This document shows, piece by piece, positions 16,116 through 23,621 of a stretch of 24,383 bases of DNA; the stretch's first letter is position 1; every line of letters begins with the position of its first letter. Made by a program: the position numbers and the translations under genes. The stretch comes from a virus. Taxonomy: Duplodnaviria > Caudoviricetes. The stretch spans positions 1 to 24,383 of the IMG/VR virus record IMGVR_UViG_3300020042_001182. The stretch is one strand, 5' to 3'. The notes below the pieces were generated by a model. It was not told the origin of the DNA and searched no databases. It saw only the letters and a list, made by a program, of their open reading frames with translations.

Positions 16116-16123
16116 TACAAATA

Positions 16124-16315
16124 TTATAGTCCTTGTCCAAGCGTAATGTAAAGAGTCGTGGACGAGGCCGCAGTTGCGGTGAAGAATGAGGTTGGCGGGA
16201 AGTTGAAGATTTCCACAGCGCCAGCCACAATTTGCGCTGCGGCGGGGGCAGTTGCATTGGCGGTCACTACAACAGTAGGGCCGTTTGGAAAAAATGTGGA
16301 TTGTTCATTAGCCAT
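16124..16315 (-). CDS. Small virion-associated beta protein, possibly internally deleted
   Basis: 63 aa, ends LYITLGQGL. From recollection, similar phage proteins are longer. Confidence 0.55.
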   Translation of the reverse strand: MANEQSTFFPNGPTVVVTANATAPAAAQIVAGAVEIFNFPPTSFFTATAASSTTLYITLGQGL

Positions 16316-16357
16316 ATTTGTCTTTCAGGGTTATTCAGTGTTTGGCACGGGTACGAT

Positions 16358-17923
16358 TTAAGTTGAAATAAAAACTAAAGTTGCTGAAATGTCTACCGTT
16401 CCAGCACCGCCTGTTGTATTCCATGATGCGTCAGTATCATAAAATAATTTAATTCGATCTCCAGCAGCAACAACTGGCACAGCCCCAACAATTGCGTTTC
16501 CATAAACATATTGTGTGTTTGTTCCGTCAATTTGAACACGCAAATCATCGTCTGCCACCCCGTTAATTAAAGGCCGCGCATACAAAATACCTGCTACTCT
16601 GGTATCAGTGAGCGCAACTGAAATTGCAATTAAAGCACCAGCCATTGGTGCAACAAATGAAACTTGATTTGTACTAAAGTTAAGATCGCCAGAAGATGTG
16701 CCATCAATTAAATTTTCTCTCTGGTAAGTCAGTGAGAAAGTTGTTCCACCACTAGCATTTCCTCCTTGCTTAATGTCTTTTGTCTGCACAGTTACAGTGC
16801 CAGATGCATAGCTATTTAACCAATAATTAGGTGATGCAGCCGTTGTATCTAAAAAGTTTAACGCGCCTACCGTGTTGCCACTTGTAAAGCAACCATTAAA
16901 TATATTATTACAGTTATTGCTGTTTGAAATGTTTACGCCATAGGAGGCATTATTGTTTAACGTGCAAGCATTAAATGTGTTTAATGTGCAGTCTTGCAAC
17001 AACAGTAATCCAGATGCTCTGCACCCGTAAGCTGTCAAGTTGGTAAACATATTGTTGCTGCAATTGACCAACTGAACACCATTGCCCGTGCCAGCAACCG
17101 TAGAAGCGGAAGTCCAAATGTTGGTAAACATTCCATAGTCCACGCCTTCAAGATAGAAAGCATCTAAGGTTGTGCTGTCAAAATACGAATCGGAAATAAT
17201 CATGCCGATTGTGTTGCCAGTTGTGCGTTGATGGATTAACCCTTGCTCTGTTGACAACACACAATCCAAGAAAGACATTTTGATGCCTTCGGTGTTTTCC
17301 AAATACATCCCATATTTGCCGCCCTGTGTGTAAACATCAAAAACATCTAAACCAACACAAGAGAATGTTGGCGAACCCGCATAAAAGTTTGCACCAATTG
17401 GCGCTACACCAGTACCAGTAACAGCGTTTGACAATATGCATTTTTCAACATACATATCATTAAATTCGTCTAAACGAATATTAATGTTGTAGTCTTTAAC
17501 AACGCAATCTTTAATTTTTAAACCAGTAGCGCCATTGTTTACACCACTGCCGAGCGCGTGAATTCCGTAATGTGTTCCGTTATTTGTTGCAGCAGTATTT
17601 TTAATGGTCAGTGATTGAATTTGCACATTGAAAGCTGTCCAATGCACAGAAATAGTTGCCGTGCTATTGTCTTTGGCTTCAATGATCGTTGTTTCTCGGT
17701 ATTCACCAATGATTACCAAATTCGTTTCACCGCTGGCAACCGCAATGCTTCCCTTATACGTTCCTGCTGGAATGTAAATAGTTTTGTTGGTTGACAACGC
17801 CTTAATTTTTGCGGCTGCAAAAGCCGCAGTGCTATCTGTTGCGCCTGTTGGGTCAGCCCCAAAATCAAGCACATTGGTAGATGCGCCAGTGATTAGAGAG
17901 TATGAAACTTTTGTCAAAGCCAT
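16358..17923 (-). CDS. Tailspike / depolymerase, pectate-lyase-like right-handed beta-helix
   Basis: NVLDFGADPTGATDSTAAF...IYIPAGTY (Pectate_lyase_3-type N-terminus) and Asn/Cys ladder repeats. AT-rich. Confidence 0.85.
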   Translation of the reverse strand: MALTKVSYSLITGASTNVLDFGADPTGATDSTAAFAAAKIKALSTNKTIYIPAGTYKGSIAVASGETNLVIIGEYRETTIIEAKDNSTATISVHWTAFNVQIQSLTIKNTAATNNGTHYGIHALGSGVNNGATGLKIKDCVVKDYNINIRLDEFNDMYVEKCILSNAVTGTGVAPIGANFYAGSPTFSCVGLDVFDVYTQGGKYGMYLENTEGIKMSFLDCVLSTEQGLIHQRTTGNTIGMIISDSYFDSTTLDAFYLEGVDYGMFTNIWTSASTVAGTGNGVQLVNCSNNMFTNLTAYGCRASGLLLLQDCTLNTFNACTLNNNASYGVNISNSNNCNNIFNGCFTSGNTVGALNFLDTTAASPNYWLNSYASGTVTVQTKDIKQGGNASGGTTFSLTYQRENLIDGTSSGDLNFSTNQVSFVAPMAGALIAISVALTDTRVAGILYARPLINGVADDDLRVQIDGTNTQYVYGNAIVGAVPVVAAGDRIKLFYDTDASWNTTGGAGTVDISATLVFIST

Positions 17924-18001
17924 TAAGTCACCTCGTAAATTATTTCGCCATTAAAGGCCACACGCCTGATTTGCTAGGCAACTCTCTGTTTACGTTGGAG
18001 G

Positions 18002-18244
18002 TCATGCCAAACCCGCCAGCGGATTACTTGCACCAATCACCACGTTGTTAATCTGATTGCCGCCGCCTGCTACTGTGCCTGATAAAGTTGCCCCTGCAAT
18101 TGTTGGCGTGGTTAAAGTTGGTGAGTTGGACAACACAACATTTGTTGTTCCTGTGCTGGTGGTAACGCCTGTGCCGCCGTTAAGAACGGGCAAGACGCCT
18201 GTAATCCTGCTGGCGTTGATGACTGAATTTGCTACTTTTAACAT
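18002..18244 (-). pseudogene. Truncated fibre protein (80 aa, stalk only), with out-of-frame remnant down to 17923
   Basis: LPVLNGGTG and SPTLTTPTI stalk motifs, then an abrupt stop. Downstream frames read FGMTSNVNRELPSKSGVW and AFNGEIIYEVT*. Confidence 0.55.
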
Positions 18245-18252
18245 GGCGATTC

Positions 18253-18705
18253 CTAGTTGTAAACAACTTCAATAATGGATGTGTAGGGTGGTGCTTGGCT
18301 AAACGTCACCGTGCCGCTAGTTACGGTGTAAGTGTTGCGATTCTGATACACGCCGTTGATGTAGATGGCGGTAAAGCCATTGACCACCGAGAAAGCAGTT
18401 GTTGTTCCGTCACCCGTAGCATTAGAGGCAAAGGTGCTGCCGTTGATATTGTCCACCGTCCAGATCAACACGCTTGCGCTGGTGTACAAGGCAAACTTGT
18501 AGATGGCCCCACTGAGCCACACATTGGCCTCGCCACGGCTGTCCAAAACAATGGGGTTGGTGTTGGCACTGACGCCGGTGCTGTCAGTGTAAGTGGCTAG
18601 TGGCGTGGTTGTGCCAGCAGTGTAGGTGTACAGCAACCCTCCCGACAATGGAGCGCCATTCAGATCAAAGAATTGCAGCTTGGGTGTGGGGGATAGAGAT
18701 GTCAT
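18253..18705 (-). CDS. Tailspike head-binding-like adaptor protein
   Basis: N-domain QFFDLNGAPLSGG...NPIVLDSRGEA...WTVDNI, plus C-domain GDGTTTAF...YINGVYQ...TFSQAPP..IEV. Confidence 0.65.
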   Translation of the reverse strand: MTSLSPTPKLQFFDLNGAPLSGGLLYTYTAGTTTPLATYTDSTGVSANTNPIVLDSRGEANVWLSGAIYKFALYTSASVLIWTVDNINGSTFASNATGDGTTTAFSVVNGFTAIYINGVYQNRNTYTVTSGTVTFSQAPPYTSIIEVVYN

Positions 18706-18706
18706 A

Positions 18707-19012
18707 TTACAAGTAGTAGCTAATGTTTAACTTAGCGCTACCAACCTGTTCAATAAACTTGATGTTGGTTAGGTCGCCATCATATTGCAACGGTATGCCA
18801 ACTGCTAATGGCATACCAACAGATGCCGATGGCGATGTGCCATCGTCGCGCCAGCGAACAGCTTGATCTTCAGCAACAATAAGTGCAAACACTGGTTTGC
18901 CATTTTGACCGTCTGGCGTTGTTTGGGGGACTGTCAAATTGGCCGCGCTAGATAAGCTAGTAATTTGCTGGTAACCCATGCAGGTCGTTACAGCTTTCAA
19001 ATTCATAGACAT
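18707..19012 (-). CDS. Small beta-sandwich virion protein
   Basis: GYQQITSLSSA, QAVRWRDDGTSP and LNISYY motifs. Coupled to its neighbours. Confidence 0.65.
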   Translation of the reverse strand: MSMNLKAVTTCMGYQQITSLSSAANLTVPQTTPDGQNGKPVFALIVAEDQAVRWRDDGTSPSASVGMPLAVGIPLQYDGDLTNIKFIEQVGSAKLNISYYL

Positions 19013-19014
19013 AA

Positions 19015-20751
19015 TTAAAATCTCCTGGGTTGAGTGAAAGAGCGCAAACGCATTGTAATTTCATTGCCAATGCTAGGGGTAGTGCTAAAAAGCCAACCTG
19101 TGTTGTTGCCCGCGTCCACGTTTGTTATAGCCAAAGCATCAAAAATTGCTCCACCAGTGGCGTTGCTGTCTTGAACCGTTAAATACTCAACGGTATTTGT
19201 ACCGCTGGCATCAGAAATTGTAGCTTGCGATCCAAATGTTGTGCTTAACAAATACTTAGCGTTTGTGCCGGATGTGGCGAAAGAACCCACAACATTAGTC
19301 GTGCCAGACTTTAATTGCAAAGTGCCGTTGGTCATGGTCAATGGCTGCGTAGAGCCAAGCGTCAAGGCATCTTGGCAAGCAAACGTGCCACCAATTCCGT
19401 TAAACGTAATTGGGAAATCTATTGTTTTGCCATTTGAAGTAATGGTTTTTGTACCGCTAGTTGACGCAAATGTAATGGTGCTAGTTCCTGAAGTAGAAGA
19501 AACACTAGCCCCCAACGTAAAATTACCAAAACAACGTGGCGTATTTGCGGTACTAACTATGCCATTAAAACTTGTAAAATCAATGTTTCTATACCCACCT
19601 GTAGTGCCTTGAATAAATACCGTATCAGTGGCATTGTTTAAAAACTCAACACTGATAGATTGCGCTTCAGGCACGGGCCACATAACAATGTTTCTATTGC
19701 CTGTACCACCAGAGTAGGTAAATTGCACAAGAGGATTAGTACCTGTGACCGACTGGTTTGTTGATGCGGAACCTGAAAATATTGTTCCTCCACTTCCGCC
19801 TAAAACTAATTTTCCTGTTGACCCAAAAGCCAGTGTTCTAGTATTTGCGTTAGATGATAAAAACTGCCCAAAAGTAGCTGTATAGCCGTTTAAGTCTAGC
19901 GTACCATTGGTCAACGTACAGGCGCGAGTAGCACCAGAAGTCAGTGCGTCTTGAAGCTGAAATGTGCCGCCTACACCGTCAAAGGTGATGGGGCAATCTA
20001 TTGTTTCACCGGCAGTGGTAATGGTTTGGCTTCCAGTTCCGGTAAACGTAAGTGTGGACGCCCCAGAAGAAAAAGAAGTAATAGCAGAGTTTAAAGTTAG
20101 GTTGCCAAAAATACTTCTAGTAACATTTCCAAAAGTTCCTGTAAATCCGCTGGTAAACGTAAGATTATTAAACGTCATACCAGCCGCGCTATTTATCGTA
20201 TCGCTTCCATTGCTAATGGTAAATGAAATTGGTGCGCTAACGGCAAGTGAATTTCCGGGGTTAACGGTTCTTGTAGTTGTGCCGTTACCTACGACGTTAA
20301 CTTGAGCCGTTCCAGTAATTGTTAATCCTGTGTTTGTAGATGTTGGGCCAGAAAACACAGTTCCAGATACAGCGTTAACTGTAATGTTTCCTGAGCCAAA
20401 CGCTATAGTTCTGGCGTTTGCATTATTTGAAATAAACAAACCTGTTGTCAACGTAAAAGTGTTAAGCGTTATAGTCCCCGCAGTAAGCGTACAAGTACCT
20501 GCCGCCGTGCATAGCGTAGGACTTCCAGACAACGATAAATTAATATCTGCTTTGTTGATTGTGGTACTTAAAGACACCGCAGTAGACGTAACCGTAACTA
20601 TAGCCGCCGTGCCTGAGTTGGCGTCAAAAGTTGCCGTGTCAGCGTTTGTAGGAGGTCCTGCGGGTGCTACTACACCAGACGTAAGTGACCAGTTGGAAGT
20701 ATTGACGTTATTCCAAGTTCCCGTACCACCAACCCAAAAGTATGCGGCCAT
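19015..20751 (-). CDS. Beta-helical adhesin-like virion protein with internal repeats
   Basis: YFWVGGTGTW N-terminus, Thr/Gly/Asn-rich, repeated PITFxGxGGTFxxQDALT and TLTxGTxxLN units, DAGNNTGW, basic tail LRSFTQPRRF. Confidence 0.7.
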   Translation of the reverse strand: MAAYFWVGGTGTWNNVNTSNWSLTSGVVAPAGPPTNADTATFDANSGTAAIVTVTSTAVSLSTTINKADINLSLSGSPTLCTAAGTCTLTAGTITLNTFTLTTGLFISNNANARTIAFGSGNITVNAVSGTVFSGPTSTNTGLTITGTAQVNVVGNGTTTRTVNPGNSLAVSAPISFTISNGSDTINSAAGMTFNNLTFTSGFTGTFGNVTRSIFGNLTLNSAITSFSSGASTLTFTGTGSQTITTAGETIDCPITFDGVGGTFQLQDALTSGATRACTLTNGTLDLNGYTATFGQFLSSNANTRTLAFGSTGKLVLGGSGGTIFSGSASTNQSVTGTNPLVQFTYSGGTGNRNIVMWPVPEAQSISVEFLNNATDTVFIQGTTGGYRNIDFTSFNGIVSTANTPRCFGNFTLGASVSSTSGTSTITFASTSGTKTITSNGKTIDFPITFNGIGGTFACQDALTLGSTQPLTMTNGTLQLKSGTTNVVGSFATSGTNAKYLLSTTFGSQATISDASGTNTVEYLTVQDSNATGGAIFDALAITNVDAGNNTGWLFSTTPSIGNEITMRLRSFTQPRRF

Positions 20752-20753
20752 GA

Positions 20754-20939
20754 TTACTCCTCAACAGGCTCGTCAACCACAGGTTCGTCAAACACAGGAG
20801 GTGGGTTGTCAATAAAGTCGCGCCACTTGTCGTACCGAGCCTGTTTCATGGCCTCAATCTCAGCGTCGGTCAGGCCGTGGTCATCAGCCAAGTGCAGAGC
20901 ATCTGAAAACCCATTGATGATGAAGTTAATTTTGATCAT
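20754..20939 (-). CDS. Small acidic protein, possible chaperone of the adhesin
   Basis: DALHLADDHGLTDAEIEAMKQAR with a DEPV repeat tail. Its 3' end supplies the GAGGAG RBS for the next gene. Confidence 0.65.
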   Translation of the reverse strand: MIKINFIINGFSDALHLADDHGLTDAEIEAMKQARYDKWRDFIDNPPPVFDEPVVDEPVEE

Positions 20940-21025
20940 GCTAAAAACTTAAGGAATAACTGCGGGTGTTTAAGTGGACACTGTGGGCCTAAGAACAGTA
21001 GCCCCTTTAATTGCGCGGCGGTCAT
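20936..21025 (-). pseudogene. Collapsed remnant of a ferritin/Dps-like (DUF5856-type) gene, 29-codon mini-ORF
   Basis: MTAAQLKGLLFLG, then HSVHLNTRSYS in a shifted frame, then LKFLA*. ATGA overlaps with both the portal and the next gene. Confidence 0.65.
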
Positions 21026-23184
21026 TGTGGTATACCCTCCATACCTACGTCCATTTGCTGTTCTGGCATCTCAGGAATACCGCCAATTTGACTGTTGGAC
21101 TCCATTGCAGCCGCCACTACACCCATAGCAATATCTTGAATCTGTTGCTCACTCATGCCAGCTTGAACGGCTGCAATACGTTGGGTTTCAGCCTGGTAGG
21201 CTTTGATTTCAACTTCGTATTCTTTGCGTTTTAAATCTTGCATCTCAATAGACTTGCCGACATTTTGAAGCATTTGTTGCATCTGCTCCATCTCTTGCCC
21301 CATTGCCTGCATCTGCATATTGGCAGCTTGCAAGGCCGGGTCTTCATCGTCGCTCAAGAGTTTGGGGTCAATGGTCTTAGCCAAGCGTTTAGCCAACTCA
21401 TCTGCCCCAGGCCAATCCATTGCCTTGACAAACAAGTCGCCTGCAATCTGCATGAGCGCAGGGTTGCCTTGCAGCAGTTGGGCCATTTCTTCCCGTGTCT
21501 CTTGCCGTCTGGTGCTGTAGCTTGGGCCGGTGGTCACCACCACATCGTACTTGCCGACATTGGGGTTGTAGATTTTGTCAATCTCAATGCCCTCTTGATT
21601 GACAATTTTCTTGACCGGCATCTCTTGGGATGGATCAATTTTTGCCATCTCAGTACCGCCATCTTCACCAATAATTCTGGCAATGCGCTGGGTGTCGTAG
21701 ATTTTGGGGATCATGTCCAACAGTTGCCGGGTCACGTAACGTATGGCACGGGCCAGATTGTCTACGTAATGGTAAGTTCCAACGTCACCCTCGCGCTGGC
21801 GAGCAAGAATAGCCTTGCCGCTGCGCTCGTTGCCGCCCATGCCCAAACTGGCGTTGTACTGCCCAGTGGCGGCTTTAATGTCCTCAGACGCGCCTGATTT
21901 GGCTTGCAAAAGGCCGCTGGAGGCCATTGGCGGTTGGGCGCGTTGGGGCAGTGGCATCGTAGCGCCAGCGCCGTCAGTAACATCTGGATTGACCTCCAGA
22001 TACGGCCAGTTGGTAGTATTGGCGGTCTTCCACTGGTGTTCGTAGCCTTCAAACTGCCCACCATAGCCAATAAACGGTGCTTTGGGTGCCAAGGCCAGCA
22101 TTTCGGCTTCTTGGCTCACCCAGTAGTTGTACATTCGCTGGGCGTCCTTGGCGTTTCGCACCAAGCCTGAGACATAAATCTGCCCGTTGACCTCAAATTC
22201 ATTGCCAACGACCCGCACAATGGGGATATATTTACCCGCCCAATCGCGCTTTTCCAGCACTTCGTAGCCGTTGCTCTTAACCCAGCAAACTTTCTCTCGT
22301 TGCACAATCCGAGTTTTAAGCGGCTTGCCGTAGAGCATCTTGAGTTGCTTGTCATCAAGCGAGTTGTTAAACGCCGTGATGTTGTTGGGGTACAGGTTAA
22401 GTGTCTCGGCTTTGTACTCCACATAGAAGTACTCCGCAATCCGCACTGTCTCATCGCGCAGCCACTGCTGTAAATCTTGGTCGCCCAGGCCCAAAGACAG
22501 CAAACTACTGATAGGCGCGGCGTTGGGGTACAGGCGCTCGTACTCGTCCCTAGGCACATCATCCGTGACAAAACACCAGCGCGCATCCGCACCGCATGGG
22601 TCTTGAATCGCAGGGTCCATGTAGACCGAGAATGAGTTGCGAATCCGACCAATTTTGAGTTCTTGGTCAAAACTGTTTTCGTCGCAATACTCAGTCAATA
22701 CCCGGATGTAGCCTTCGCCGTAGGTGACCTGGTTCTCGCAGGCAGTAGCGTAGGCAATGTCAGCGTCGCTGATGTACTCAATGTGCCGCACTATGCCGTT
22801 AAATATTTCTGCCATCTCAGGGTCAGCAACATCGTCGGCGGGTATAACTTTGCCGCTGGGCTTGTTGTACCGCTGGTCGTTGGTGACCTGGCGAACGTGC
22901 TGCGGCAGCTTGTTGATAGTCAGGCAGGGGCGGGCGTTGATTGTCTGCCCTTGCACGGCCCCGCGAGTTGCCAGCACATCAGCAGGCCATTGCCACTGGT
23001 TGTCAGGAGAACCCGCCATGAACCGCAGGTCGTCAAGTTCATTGCCCCGGCTTTCACTGTACGCATCCACCGCCATTGTCATGCGAGAGCGCATGGTGGA
23101 GAGCATATCGCCGTACTCTACATCGTCACCCCCACCAACATCAGCGACCTTGCCAACCTTGTTAATGCCGGTGTAGTCAGCCAT
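21022..23184 (-). CDS. Portal protein, P22 gp1-like
   Basis: RPCLTINKL, GLVRNAKDAQRMYNYW, SGKAILARQ and GKYDVVVTTGPSY motifs, plus a C-terminal Q/M-rich coiled-coil barrel. Confidence 0.93.
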   Translation of the reverse strand: MADYTGINKVGKVADVGGGDDVEYGDMLSTMRSRMTMAVDAYSESRGNELDDLRFMAGSPDNQWQWPADVLATRGAVQGQTINARPCLTINKLPQHVRQVTNDQRYNKPSGKVIPADDVADPEMAEIFNGIVRHIEYISDADIAYATACENQVTYGEGYIRVLTEYCDENSFDQELKIGRIRNSFSVYMDPAIQDPCGADARWCFVTDDVPRDEYERLYPNAAPISSLLSLGLGDQDLQQWLRDETVRIAEYFYVEYKAETLNLYPNNITAFNNSLDDKQLKMLYGKPLKTRIVQREKVCWVKSNGYEVLEKRDWAGKYIPIVRVVGNEFEVNGQIYVSGLVRNAKDAQRMYNYWVSQEAEMLALAPKAPFIGYGGQFEGYEHQWKTANTTNWPYLEVNPDVTDGAGATMPLPQRAQPPMASSGLLQAKSGASEDIKAATGQYNASLGMGGNERSGKAILARQREGDVGTYHYVDNLARAIRYVTRQLLDMIPKIYDTQRIARIIGEDGGTEMAKIDPSQEMPVKKIVNQEGIEIDKIYNPNVGKYDVVVTTGPSYSTRRQETREEMAQLLQGNPALMQIAGDLFVKAMDWPGADELAKRLAKTIDPKLLSDDEDPALQAANMQMQAMGQEMEQMQQMLQNVGKSIEMQDLKRKEYEVEIKAYQAETQRIAAVQAGMSEQQIQDIAMGVVAAAMESNSQIGGIPEMPEQQMDVGMEGIPQ

Positions 23185-23315
23185 TACTTTTTCTCAGCCT
23201 TGCGCTTGACTGCATAGGCTATTGCCACCGCTTGTTTGACAGGCTTGCCTGCTTTGACCTCAGTTTTGATATTGGCCTTAAACGCCGCAGGCGTAGGTGA
23301 CTTTTTGAGTGGCAT
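23184..23315 (-). CDS. Small Lys-rich protein (43 aa, MPLKKSPTPAAFKANIKTEVKAGKPVKQAVAIAYAVKRKAEKK)
   Basis: Hand-translated. TAATG overlap with the portal. Confidence 0.75.
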   Translation of the reverse strand: MPLKKSPTPAAFKANIKTEVKAGKPVKQAVAIAYAVKRKAEKK

Positions 23316-23317
23316 GG

Positions 23318-23467
23318 CTATTTACTAGGTTTTTTAGGTGGTGTATGTGCAAGTTTGCGGCTAGTCGCAGTGTGCTTTTCGCCCGTCATTAAAACGCTTC
23401 CTGCCTTGTGGATTGGCCCTTTGTAGACCTTGCCATCAGGTAAATAGTGAGTAGCTGACTTGCTCAT
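23318..23467 (-). CDS. Small His/Lys-rich protein (49 aa, MSKSATHYLPDGKVYKGPIHK...)
   Basis: Hand-translated. ATGA overlap upstream and a 2-nt gap downstream. Confidence 0.7.
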   Translation of the reverse strand: MSKSATHYLPDGKVYKGPIHKAGSVLMTGEKHTATSRKLAHTPPKKPSK

Positions 23468-23619
23468 TTCTTTTTAGCCGTTTTGGCCGAGTCTTTGAAG
23501 TCTTTGGCGCTAGGCGCTGCCTTGCTGCCAACTTTGTTCATTTTTTCGCCAGAGCCAGCTTTGATGCGCTCTTGTTTGGCGTTGATATTGGCGTAGAGTC
23601 CAGGTTTACTAGATTTCAT
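23464..23619 (-). CDS. Small Lys-rich protein (51 aa, MKSSKPGLYANINAKQERIKAGSGEKM...)
   Basis: Hand-translated. Tightly packed between its neighbours. Confidence 0.75.
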   Translation of the reverse strand: MKSSKPGLYANINAKQERIKAGSGEKMNKVGSKAAPSAKDFKDSAKTAKKK

Positions 23620-23621
23620 GA

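Noticed and set aside
16082-16120. TTG start at 16120 for the scaffold
   Set aside because: The extension is not scaffold-like. ATG 16081 follows the SD-like AGGGA.
4597-18004. Stop-codon reassignment as the explanation for the short stubs
   Set aside because: TAA, TAG and TGA all terminate well-coupled genes here. Reading through the TGA at 18002-18004 hits TAA three codons later.
14237-23217. Long antisense ORFs (e.g. 14522..15097, 21238..21897, 22663..23217, 20330..20815)
   Set aside because: They are shadows of capsid, portal and adhesin genes caused by codon bias, with no RBS or protein-like motifs.
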